This document shows, piece by piece, positions 38,463-51,254 of a stretch of DNA of 64,000 nucleotides (the first letter of the stretch is position 1; every line of letters starts with the position of its first letter). Location of the stretch: contig CM041465.1 of assembly GCA_023213395.1 (NCBI GenBank), positions 210,001,741-210,065,740 on the forward strand. The letters run 5' to 3'. The notes below the pieces were generated by a model. The model had not been told where the DNA came from. It did not search any database and worked only from the letters and a program-made list of their open reading frames with translations. Made by a program: the position numbers and the translations under genes. This stretch comes from Cycas panzhihuaensis (lineage: Eukaryota; Plantae; Cycadophyta).

Positions 38463-41267
38463 TGTGTGATAAAGTGGGTGCCCTAGGGTCAAAACAGAGA
38501 TCCCCTAAGAGAGGAAAAGGCTTAGTATAACAAAGGAAAACCCTCATACTTACTACTACTCCTAAGAGAGGGAGATATGTTGGTGTGGGTTAAGTAGCTA
38601 GATCTAATAACTAGAATTAAATAAAAATAAAATAAAATACATGCTAATATAAATAAATAAAAGTACATACAACAAAGGCAACCTAATTAATCCTCCTAAG
38701 AAAGGTAAACAACATAAAAACAACTCCTAAGAATAGGAAGGCCACTAAGGAAAAGGATCCCTAAATGAAGTCGTAACCTAGATCATTCGTATGCTCTACT
38801 CATCTCCTTGTTAAAAGGCAAACCTATCCTATCTCTAACCAAAACAAATAATCTTATCTCTATCTTAAATATATAAATACTACAACAATCTACATTAAAG
38901 AACGAAAGAATTGTTTAGGAGACTGGTACAAAAGAATAGGACCTTAGATTAATGGCCTACTCATGGGCTAGTTGGTGAGGACTCGCTCACCTAGTAACGT
39001 CCCATTTGTGAGTGTGGAAAGTATAGAGATACTCACATCTAATTCTAGATGATTTATCTACCCAAGAGAGTGAAGAAGAAAGAGGAGTAACCACTTTCAA
39101 TAGGCAGTATTGTGGTCTCTCAGCACTCTCGATTATATGTAATTGAGATAGCCAGCTATCACCCCCTTGCTCAAAATATGATGAAGATATTTTCTCTTCC
39201 AAGAGGGTGTGACTAGTCATAAATGATTAGGTTTAGTGCAAATTGGGCCTCCTCAATTTTGAGCATGAGTTAATCTAGGTGAAAGATAAAATAATACACA
39301 TCTAAATGTAGTTAACATACATTTTCCCTTTGCATAAATAAAACATCCAACCTAAACTAATCATATGCAAGCAATACACTTAAAAGGAATGTACACCTAA
39401 ATGCAACTAATATGACTTTTGATCTTGAATGAATGCAACTTCTGCCAAAATAACTAGTCACAATTTAGCAATGCCTAAGAGGATCATGCACCTAAATATA
39501 ACATATATGAGTCATGATTTTGCATGAATGCAACATCTACTAAAACCTAGTTATAATTAAGCAATACATGAAAGAACATACATCTAAATGCAACTAATAT
39601 GACTCTTGATTTTGAATGAATATAATCAAGATAGATAGACATACACAAGCAAGGTGGGGAGGATAATTCTCTCTTAATCTTATCTTAATCACATATTTAT
39701 GCATGAAATTCCTTTCGCTATTTGTCTTCTTATTTTATAATTAGGAAAAACGTTTAAACAAATATCAAAATAACAAATAAAATGGAATGAGGAAAGGAAA
39801 AGAGAAGTGCATATTAATTTATTTTCTCATTTTAAAGAGATTTTATGGATAAAAACCTTTTATTAAAGCATTCCAAATTTACTTGGCTTAAACAAGTTAG
39901 TCATAATGCAAAGGAAACTTAACAATATAACCACCAATGGATCCAAATATAATGAATTGAGGAGTAATTCGAATCAAACCAATTTTAAACCTTAAACCAA
40001 AATGAGATCTTTATTAAAATTTTAGCAACATTTCTACTACAATTAAGGAATTATTGTAAGAAAAGGAAGCTAGAATTCTCTAAATCCTATGGAAAGAGGA
40101 TTTAGGGTATCTAGATATAGAGATATGAGATCAATCTATTTAAGAAAAATGGGGCAATGTTTCTACTACCCATATGGTTTTTTCTTAGAATAGGTGAACC
40201 ACTTTCAAAGAAAACTAGAGAAAATTAGATAAGATTGTAAAGAAAATAGAAAATGACCATTAAATCTTGCATCTAATGAAACATTGAAAGATTCATGTTA
40301 GATTTTCATTTATAAAGCTCAAACAACTTCTGTTTAAACAAATTAGCTTCAGATATGATCATAAGATGAAATGAACCATTCAAACGTCAAATTCCAAGGA
40401 AGACCAAATAGATCTATGATAAAAATGAGTAAATCTTTATCTAAATGATTGTTGCACCTTAGATGTACACTTTACTACCTTGATTTGCTCCATTTAAGAC
40501 TTCCAAATGAAGGAAAGAGGCTAAGATGCAATAATTGAGAAGAAATCCTAACAAATTAAGAAAAGGTTGGTGAAGAAAGAGGAAACAAATAAAGAGGGGA
40601 CATGATCTCATAAGAGGGTGATAATTTGGCCCATGTAGGTCTAAATTCCCAATGAAAAATCTTAAAAGTGGCCCTTATAATGCTCCTTTAAAAGCCAAAT
40701 CATTCTTAGATCATGTTAAGCCACAATTTACCCAGTATTTTGAATGCACTAATTTCTCCTCCTCTTTTTCTTAAAATCAAAGACTTATGTATAGAATTAG
40801 TTGGGTAGGTGGTTTTACCAAAACAATTGTCCTCCATGGTTTTAGGCACCCATAGTTTTAACAAAATCGATTGTGGGGTAGGTATGAATTAAGAATAATC
40901 CTAAACATGCGTTTCTTTACAACTTTACTAGTGAAAAACATGCATATACACGTAAAATGCAATTTGAATTTTATGAAAAATATGTGATAGAAAATAAATT
41001 AGGATTTGCATTTTTTTTTTAAATGAGCTTAAAAAAAAACACAAGACAAGTTATGCAAAAAAAATGTAAAATACGAAAAAAGTAAAAAACATGAATTTGA
41101 ATGTAAAATGAGAAGAGACAAAAAGTTCCATGTTTTACATTGAAATATGTATTTTTTTAAACATAAAAAATATTAAAAGGTAAATACTTATGCATTTTTC
41201 ACTAAAAAAGATAGAAAACAAAAGTTTAGGGGTGGGGGGGGTGGGGAGAGTGTGTGGGGGGGTGACA
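38463..41267 (-). mobile_element. Putative long LTR or non-coding part of a large Gypsy-type element interrupting the 3' LTR of C
   Basis: Homology to the C LTR ends at 38462, followed by tgtgtgataaag. The segment ends in ggggggtgaca (reverse complement TGTCACCCCCC, an LTR-start-like motif). No matching TSD or partner found. Confidence 0.35.
39294..39625. repeat. ~3.5 diverged copies of a ~92-97 bp tandem unit
   Basis: (a/g)ca(c/t)ctaaat...gaatgcaac...agcaat recurs near 39296, 39393, 39488 and 39580. Confidence 0.8.
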
Positions 41268-41388
41268 ATAGAGGAGGATGAAATAATCAAGATAAGGGAG
41301 AAGCAAGACAAAAATAAAGTTAGTCGAGTAAAAAAAAAAAAACCGTTTTAGAGAGTCATGAAGGAGTGATCAGAGGCATTGTAGTATG

Positions 41389-41389
<1 letters not shown>

Positions 41390-41471
<82 letters not shown>
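41390..41471. repeat. (TG)n(TA)n microsatellite
   Basis: Directly visible. Confidence 0.97.
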
Positions 41472-41473
<2 letters not shown>

Positions 41474-43399
41474 TAGGTAAAATAAAGAACCAAAAGCACA
41501 TAGTAAAAATATCCAATAAAGCATACCATTAACTATTTAACAACCAAATTACAATTTAAATTAACTATCACCATAAATAAGTAGAGAAACATATGTGGTC
41601 ATGCCAAAGGGATGTGAATCCTAAAAGCATCTACTTCCTTAATGACATAAGCTATTTAAATAAGTGATGCAAGATGGTAAACATCTCCAACTCTACCTAT
41701 GGAATTATCTACCTATCCTGGGTAGGTAAATGTAATGTAGTGAACAACAATGGTTGGGTCTTATAGAATTATCTATCCTAAAGTTTGGCCTTCCAATGTT
41801 ATCTTCTAGGTTAAGTTAAAAGAGACATGGTATAACTGTTGGTAATGAGATAAATGGTGCTAAGTAGGGGATATCTCTAGTGAGGGATGAAGATTTTCTA
41901 TTTGTCAAAGAAGTAGGACATAATGTGTCATGTAGCTATGAGCATGGCTCATTAGAATGGAATGAGAAGAAACCTGAGGAAAGAAAAGTTAATTATGTGA
42001 TTTTGTTCTTTTTTGAATTTTTTTCAAAGTTTTTTGGATTTTTTGGTATTAAAAGCTAAGTAGATAAAATATAAATTTTTGTTTTATTCCATTTCGTTTC
42101 TTTGATTTTTTTTTCTTCTTTTTTTTTTTTTTGTGAAATTTAGTCTATGAAACTAAAAGAAAAAGGGTATGCACATGATATAGTTTTAACTTGTGCAGGA
42201 GTTGGATGCCTCATGGAGTAAAAGGATCGAGTACCCACCATAGTTTAACCTTATTAGTCATCAATTTTTAGAGGTAGGGCTTTATTTTGGATCATATTGA
42301 GGAGCTCCATATACAGTGGAATTGTACCAAGAATTTAGACTACTATAGTTTCACCTCGTTAGCATCCAATGGTTTGGAGGTTTGGCCACCGTAGTTTAAG
42401 CTTATTAATGGTATTTTTTTAGAGGATTAATTACCATAATTTAACTTCATTAGTGGCCAATTTGGGTGCTCAAGAAACCAAGGAGTTCAAAACCATAGAG
42501 GTGAAAGTTTTCCTAGGAGTCAAGGGGCTAAGAATCGAGGATGGATCTAGAATATGGGACGGAAATAGGACCATTTGGTTATAAATAAAAGTGTGTTTTG
42601 AAAATGACCTTAGTTAGACTTATGACAATATTGCTTCAAACATGAGGGGGGTCATTTATAGAGGTAAAAGGCTAGGCGATATTACCCACTCTAACAAATG
42701 GAATGAGCAAACCTAGTGTCACTTTAGGGTCATAGGGCAAACCAACTCAATCGGGGTATGAAGTAATACATCATTAAGGGAGGCCAACTTCAATGTGAAG
42801 GCTTTATATATGAAAATTTAAGAAACCTCAAATCATTTGTTACATTGATATGTCAAGATTAGGGTCATTGTATAGGGGTTTTTTTTAATATTATGAGTGA
42901 TCCAAGACTCAGATCAAGGTGCAGAGAGCTATGTCAAGGTAAGGATGGTAGAATGGTTAGTTGTAGACCCCTCCCAATAAGTTTCTATTTTGTTTTATGC
43001 TTTAATTTTAACATTTTAATTGAAAAACTTAGAAAAACAAGTGAAAAATACAAAGAAATAATCGAAAAAAGTGGAAAGTTGATTTAAAATTGATCAAAAA
43101 ATAGGATCACATTTTTTTACTAATTTATTACATTTTATAAATAATTTTTCATATTTTCCAACTATGCTTTCATAGTTTTCATCTACTTTCTTATGTTTTT
43201 CAATCAATTTTCTATATTTTTTAATAATCTTTTTATTTTTTAAATTAAACATTATGCATTTTTAGACTGGTTTCTCGCATTCTTTTGGTAAAAAATGTGA
43301 ACTATCTTTTTGCTTCATTTTGGGAAATTTACTATGGATTAGACTAATTTTTAGCGTTTTTATGAAACAAAGACTAACGCTTACCTCATTTTTGTGTTT

Positions 43400-44560
43400 T
43401 ACAAAGGATTACACAGATCCACAACCATAAAAATAAGGGATGTTTATTAGAGCCTCTACTCACAATGTTGAATGATGGAGAGCACAAGGTGTTATGATAA
43501 TGTGGGCTGGAAAGGACTAATCAATCCATCTAATTGATGCTAAGTAATGAGTTTTTAATTGATCTGGTGAGCCATTAGTTGATAAAAACTACGCACTTTT
43601 ATTTTTGGGGATTGGGTGGTGTCCTACTTATGACCAGAGATATCAGTCATATCCTAAGTAAATCGAGAACCCATAAGATTGGCATAGCTATCAACAAAAT
43701 ATGGACACATGCAGGTGATGAGCTAATTCTTAATAGGGTCACTAGAGCACTTTCTGGTTTATAGGGTTTCAATGTTGGTGATCTAGGCATCCTAGAATAT
43801 TCATATGTTTTAGAAGGTGCTGGCCTTAATCATCCTACTTAGGATTCCTAAGCAATGGGCTAATGTGATCTAGTAATGCGAGGCTAGAGTTTGGTTTCAC
43901 TAGGTATCCCTGGTGAGTAACAACATATGCCACTAACTAAGCCACCTCTAGGCGAATAGAGGAGGTAGAGTTTTCTATAGCTTAATGTTACTTTGTTAAG
44001 TTTTTTTACCATATTCCCCTTACATAACTGAGGGGATTGATGGCACAACTAAGAACCTTGGACCCATTGATGAACCATTGGCACATGAGAGTACATGCTT
44101 GAGTGCTAGGGGAGGTTTGCACAAGAAGCATAGAGGCAACACACATAGATATGATGGGACTAGTGTAGTTCATATAAGACCCCTATATAGGAATGCCCCC
44201 CTGGTCTAATGACAAGGGAGATAGGGCCCTAAAAGAGGAGACAAAGGATGTGATAGAAGAGTAAGGAACGCTCTAGATAATAGAGGCACAAGCATAGGAG
44301 ATTATGTAGCCACATAGGATTTATAGGAGCTACACAATGGTTCAAGAGGGAGCCAGAGGTAGAGAAGATCCTTATTCAAGAGGAAGGAATGGAACCACTT
44401 GGTGGAGGAGAAGATGGTGATAATAGTGATACTGATGATGGCAACATATGCTAAGTTTGTCAATGAGTGGGTTAACTAGAGGACCCACAAAGGGAAGTAG
44501 ATGATGGTGAAGCAGAGTCATCTAATGGGGATGTAGGTATGTCATTGTTTTTATGTTTTG
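43400..44560 (+). pseudogene. Possible decayed plant-mobile-domain (PMD)-like transposon ORF
   Basis: LIKTTHFYFWGLGGVLLMTRDISHIL weakly resembles the PMD motif THTF...GE.T.TL.DV..IL, followed by an acidic tail. Heavily disrupted. Confidence 0.25.
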
Positions 44561-44744
44561 TTTGATTTTCATTACACTTTTGTAGGTATTAAATTTTATT
44601 TACTCAAATATATATATATATATATGAATGACTCTACCTTAGAATATTTGGCTTGCACATCTTGAGTGGATGGAGGGGACCTATTCCTAACAGACCTTAG
44701 ATGGACTCCTTCCATTTGTGTTTGTGTAGGGGATGCCCACTATG

Positions 44745-44779
<35 letters not shown>

Positions 44780-45172
44780 AGAGTTCTTCAAGAGGAAAAC
44801 CTCATATTTCACTCTAATGATCTAGACTTAGGAGATATACTAAAGCCAAGAGGAATGTATAGTAATATTAGAGGTCAAGATGACAAGATAGGAGGCTAAT
44901 AGGGCACGATAGGAGGTCTAGTTGAAGGCTATCGAGGGAGAGTGAGATCACCTTTGACAATTGACTATACAACATGTAGGAGGATCACTAAGTAGGTTCT
45001 AGATAGTAAGGAGTTAGAGTATGAGACAATGTACTTAGATAGGTGATGATTGAGGTTCACATTTAACCCCTAATGATCATGGTAGCATCGACAAAGGGAA
45101 GAGGAGGGGTAGCAAGGTTATGTGCATCCACTCCATAAGCATGACAAGAGATTATATTGACTTCGTTAGGAG

Positions 45173-45175
<3 letters not shown>

Positions 45176-45259
<84 letters not shown>

Positions 45260-45321
45260 TGGAAGTTATAAGACCATATGTTGTCCTATGATGGATGATA
45301 TTATGTACTATACTTTTGACA

Positions 45322-45383
<62 letters not shown>
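45176..45383. repeat. (TA)n and (TA)n(GA)n microsatellites
   Basis: Visible at ~45176-45256 and ~45324-45383. Confidence 0.95.
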
Positions 45384-45384
<1 letters not shown>

Positions 45385-45579
45385 CTCGGTTTTTATGTTT
45401 TACCCTTATTTTTGTTGATGTATTTGACCTTATGCCCCCTTCTTCCCATAATTAATTCACATGCATGCATGCATTATAGACCTAGATGAGTATGCATAGA
45501 GATGAGTAGCTAGTAGTATACTTATTTATTTTTGGATTTTTTATCATACTATATGCATGCAATTTATACTTATAATAGG

Positions 45580-45865
45580 AATTGTAGCTAGTTTAAACTT
45601 AGAATGTAGGTGCCTTCCATGTGCAAGGGGGGATTATAACAAGTTTATCCTTGTCATAGAGTATAGGTGTCCTCCAAGTACAAGTCTTGGGGGGAACTGT
45701 GGCTAGTTTATACTCATCACAGAGTATAGATTCCCCCTAAGCATGAATGTTGAGGGGATTGCAACTAGTTTATATTGGTTGTAGAGTGTCAATGCCCCTC
45801 AAGTGCGAGTCTTGGGGAAGAAGCAACTAGTTGATACTCATTAAGGAGTGTAGGCCACCCTTAGA
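45580..45865 (+). repeat. ~4.5 copies of a ~61-bp tandem unit
   Basis: ctagtttatac...agagtatag...ccc.caagt...gtcttgggg recurs. Confidence 0.85.
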
Positions 45866-46166
45866 TCAAAGAGCAAGATGACTTTTGCTAAGGGAAATAT
45901 TTAACGATATGGGCAACTAGGCCAACTTCAACATTTTGTCCCTAAGAAATATACTATATAGAAACTGGTGAGAATTAAGATAATAGGGACCTAGCTATAT
46001 CTATGAAGATGGGCAACTAAGGAGAATAGGTTTAGTAGACTCAAATGTGTTGGCAGACAATAATTTGTGAATCCAAAAATAGGCAAAGTAAGCCAGTATG
46101 AAATTATAAGGTGTTAGTTAGAAAGCTTATGATAACAATGTACTTAGCTATATTATTGGTCGCTAT

Positions 46167-48700
46167 TGGTATGAAAACTTTGGTACTCATTAGAATATTG
46201 CCCCCTTGGTTGTGAATGATCTAAGTAGCAACAAAAGTCCATGATTTCCACAACTACCCTAATCGATATGAATAATCAATACCATAGGGAGTGCGATAGT
46301 CACTTAGAGATGATCTAACAAATGGAGGGAGATGTGTGGGAATCAATCAACAAAGATATCGTTAGACTTCGTCTTAGCTTCTATTAGAAAATCATTTAAG
46401 AAGTAGGTCCTATAGTTGGTTTCCTCACTACAACTGTATTTTCAAAACCAATTTATTTGGACCTCCCCATGCTAGACAAATTTCAATCATAATTGAGGTT
46501 ATAATGGGCCCAAGTTGAAAGCTTCAAAAGATTTCGTAAAGGAAATAAAAGAAATAGTTGCTCAAGTGAAAAAACAATATAGTGAGGAGCTTATTAAAGA
46601 GCAACCTTGTAAAGAACCTATCGATGAGCAACCCAAAAAGAAGATAAGCAACACACACAAAGAACTAGCTTATTAGATCAAAAAGCAACTTAGCAAGGAA
46701 TAAATCAATGAGCAATGCTATGAAAAGACAAGTAATACAATCGAGGATATACCTACCAACAAGGAGGTTGAAGAAGAACCTAAGGTACAAAACATCTCTG
46801 GAAAGACACTTACTTTAAATTCTAATCCTATCTTGCACTTGTTTATTTCCTTTGAAAGTTTCCTTGGTCATCTTGATTTCTTGAATTCTATAGCCTTGAA
46901 GACTCCCTCATCCCTTATACAACAAGATCCTATAACTAAACTAAAACCTAAAGGCCTTAATCCCCAACTCTTAGTAGGAAAAAAAATTGTTTCACTTGAG
47001 ATATCTCTTCATGTCTTATTCCCTATGAAATTCTCTTATCACCATCCCTATGCTCCTCATCTTTCACTCACAATTCAACAAGCATCAACCCCTAGTGCTA
47101 TCATTGTACACCCCCTCTATAACATATTAACTCTTTCCTAGCTACATCCCAATTCACTTTACCCCCAATATCCTTATTTTCCACTTAACTATTTACATTA
47201 CTTTATAAATCACCTTCACATTCCCTTAACAAAACCCTTTTCCCATAAGAATGTTTAGCCCTCATCGCCCACTCATTCCCTTTAACCCCCTCTAAGGCCA
47301 AAAATCACTTGTAAACCCAAATTCATTCACCACTCATTCTATATACCATCCTCCTTACCCACAAATTCTTTTTGTCTATTTCTTATCTAACTTATTCTTC
47401 AAATATCACATTCACTAATCAAATTCTCATATATGCTACATCTTAATTTTTCCCCAAATATAACTCATCAATATCCTCTATGCTTCATATTTTTCATTTC
47501 CCTCCCCTCAATGTATATCCGCATAATACTTCTATCATGCCCTCAATCCCTCATTTATCAACTTTTCCCTATTACCTCTAAGCATGTGTCACTACCTAAT
47601 CTTATTTGTACCATATACCAATCATATTTTTTTTATCACATGCACCTTTCAAATTCTATTCCTTATGTTCTTACCTATATTTATAAAATGTTTCATATTC
47701 TCCTCATTGATGCCTCTTCAAATCATACCTTCTATGTTTAAACTCATCTTGCCTCTACATATCTCACTCACACAATCATTCATCCTTGCTTATTTTCACT
47801 ATTACTTTGCTACACCACATACTCTCCTCAAACTCTAAAGCTCTATTCTCACCCTTCACTCCTCATATGTCCCTCTTACATATGTCATATAGATCATGTG
47901 TATCTATGGCTAACTCATATTGGTCATCACTCACAATTCAAACACCCATAGATCAAGCCCCAACTAAACTTATCCCATTACCTTTGCTCTCTAACTCCTT
48001 CTTCTCAGAATTTACCATGTCATCTTCCCCAATATCAATTCCATAATTTATATCCTTTTTTTACAAGCTCCTAGATCGCCTTCAAGGATAACAATAAATG
48101 GATATAATGTGCAAACAAAAGATGGGACCCTAAGTAAGTTAAAGTCCATATGCACATGTCCCAAGATCATTAAAGTACAAGGTCTTGTACAAAATCCATC
48201 TTAGATAGGGAACTATCACAAACTAGATATATACAGGTTGCTTCAAGAAGATGACATAAAGATGAACCTAATTACTATGATATTTTGACCTTAACAAATG
48301 GTGGATTGAAGACATATGGATAACATTGCACAAGAAAGTGTGTGCCTTAGATCTACATGCACAAATAACAATACTTTGAGAGTGAAGGATTTTCTAAAGA
48401 AGGGAGGGAATATAATGATCTATAAACCATTATTAAATTGAAAGTTATTATTTATTATTATTATTATTATTAGTAGTAGTAGTAGTAGTTAGCTTTTACA
48501 TTAGAGTTATTTTGACATTTATAAATAGAGGGAGCCCTACATTATTATGTATGTTTATTTTTATTTGTTATAATAGATTAATGTCTTGAGTTTTCACCAT
48601 TGTAGTGCCTAGGAATTTGACTTTTCCCACTTTAGCTTTCATTAGCTTAGTATTTTCAACTTTCTTATTATTTTAGGTTTTGGTCAATCATGTCCATCGT
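46167..48700 (+). mobile_element. Decayed non-autonomous Gypsy-type element G, architecture similar to H
   Basis: Acidic spacer, then a long pyrimidine-rich tract, then caatactttgagagtgaaggatt (48369) matching H at 56303. PPT gaagggagggaa and LTR-like start at 48411. The 5' LTR was not identified. Confidence 0.5.
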
Positions 48701-51120
48701 AAAATGTGTCAAACCAAATAACCATGTTAAATAAGATACAAATCCCCAACCTACCCCATAATACCATATAATTCACTTTCTTTATTAAGAAGCTTAGGTT
48801 CCACGATTGATAAGGAATGTTGAAATCAACACTAACTCATTCAAACCAACATACCAAGCCTTCTAATAAGAGCACAAATATACAAACAAGCACAACTTAC
48901 AAGCATAAATACCCATATCTCTATTCAAATCTCAAGGATGCACAACTTGTAGCCAATGTATAAAATGATTTGATGTATAAATAAATAAATCATCACTAAC
49001 CTCTACATATTGACATCAAATAAATAGAGCATAATCAATTCAAAGCAGGTCACTACTAAATGCAAGAAGAAAACTATAGTCCAAGCAAAGATGTAATGTT
49101 AAAAGTGTCTAGTCTCTACTCAACTATCAATAGCTCCATAATATAGTTGTTCTATGAATGAGATTGACATGAAATAAAATGATTAGTTCAAATGCCGGGG
49201 TACACAACCAAATTAAGACATTTTACATTTATAAATGCATGACACATACATCAAACTAAACACAAAACTTTCATCAACAACTAGCACAACTCATTCATCA
49301 ATAGAACCATAAGTAATTAGTGTTCAACTCAAGGAGGCGAGAAGAGGAAGATGGCAAGTAAAAAATTATCTTAATAAATATGAATAAACACCACTATCAA
49401 CATAGATTTAACATCACATAATGAGGGCCAAGGCAATACCATATGAGGTCCACACCATGGCGATATATTCCCTATCCCTATATCATATCTAAAAGTGCAC
49501 ACATGCTCTTAGTAATAGTACACTTTTATCGACTTATGTACTTCAAAGCAAATTTGCTATCTTTCAACCATGTAATAAATCTTACCTGATTATGTTATCT
49601 TCCAATTACAACTACTACAACTTTGATCATTATTTCACAAAAATAAATGGCATCAACTATAAACTCTCTCTTTCAATGGGAATCCCCAATTCAATTAAAC
49701 CTTTTTATTATGCCTTCAATGGATTTTAATTAGCATACAAATCCACATCACCCAAAAAATCCTAGCAACTTTCATTTCACATTATAATAGTACAAATTAT
49801 TATTATTATTAAGTCCTATGTCACATATACTAGAATTAATGTTTATTGAGGTGCTTAGGCTATAAATTAACATTATGAATCTTACTAGTTAGGTGAGTCA
49901 ATTGGAGGGGGAGGAGGGGTTTCAAAATCCCTAATGAGTGTGTGATGTATTAGGGCAATTACTTGTCCACTGGTGCATTTATGTTTATAATAATATTGTA
50001 CATATGAGTGAATCAATGTAAATATTTGAAAGTAAACTAATTCCACCAAAAAAAAATTACATTTGTTCTAGTCTTAGCCTATTTAATTCTTACATTTGGT
50101 ATTAGAAGCAAATTTCATAAAGGAGCTTAAGCTTAGTGAAGAGTCGAGAACCTTGTGCGAAGTCCAAATTTAATGTGGAACTTGAATTCAACATTTTGAA
50201 GTGCATGTGTGGAACCAATGTCGCCTAGGGCAAATTGAATTTAAAAATAAATAAATAAATAATTATGTGCCAATAATGTTGGCCTCGAAGAGCTACTGAG
50301 ATAGAGCTCTTGAGAGTTGAACATTTGAAAAGCCCTCTACAAATAGAGGATGCCCCCTAAGGAGTCATTAATGTTGGAAAGAGATGCTTGAGGGTTAACA
50401 TTGGAGGATCATGTAGAGAGGGGATGAGAAAGACATTTAGAGCTATTGTGGAGGTTGAAGAGCATACTCGTTTAGAGGCTGAAAAGAATACACAAAAGCA
50501 ATTTGAATTCAAATTGACTGCTAAGAATATAGTTAAAACAAAGATCTGATGGAGGTCTAGTTAAAGGGACAAATTCTATCAAACGTGAAAATCTTCGATG
50601 CCAAATTTGAACTTAGACTTGCTCATGATAAAAATTCAAGTGAAAAGCTCGCTAAAGGAGATGATGACTTCAACGTGATCTTGGGCTATGCATATTATCG
50701 TGGATTTTGATTATGAGTGATTATACTACTCTTAAAAGCCCTCAAATGTTAGCAAGCTCAAATGGTGAAAGAAATTGGATGTGTCTCAATTTACAATAAT
50801 GACAATATCAAATTTCAAAATTTATCAATGGACAAAGGGTAACGACTTCTTTTGGTTCTTGTTTTTAAATTAAGTTTCCAAAATCAATTTAATTGAACTA
50901 AATTGGAATACATTTGAAACAGTGTTAAACCCCTTTCGAGATTAGCCTAAGGTCACGTGTAGAAAATAGGTTAAGGTTCTTTTGTTTTTTTTTTTAATGA
51001 TTTGTAATAAAATCTTCTCCCTCTTTGAAGTGGTCATATGGTGTTTTTCTAGCATTATGCAAAGTAATTGAGAGTTTTCTATCATTCCAACACTCTACGC
51101 AGTGAGACCAAAGAACAAAA

Positions 51121-51155
<35 letters not shown>

Positions 51156-51254
51156 AGCAAGTTTTTGTTTGTTGTGTTTGAATTGTTTTAAAGCATGTTG
51201 TGAATGATTTCATGACATGTTTTTCTGGTGTGGGGTTTATTTTTTATTTTCTAC

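Noticed and set aside
45580-45865. CRISPR-like repeat-spacer array
   Set aside because: The units are homologous along their whole length with no unique spacers, there are no cas genes, and the context is eukaryotic TE DNA.
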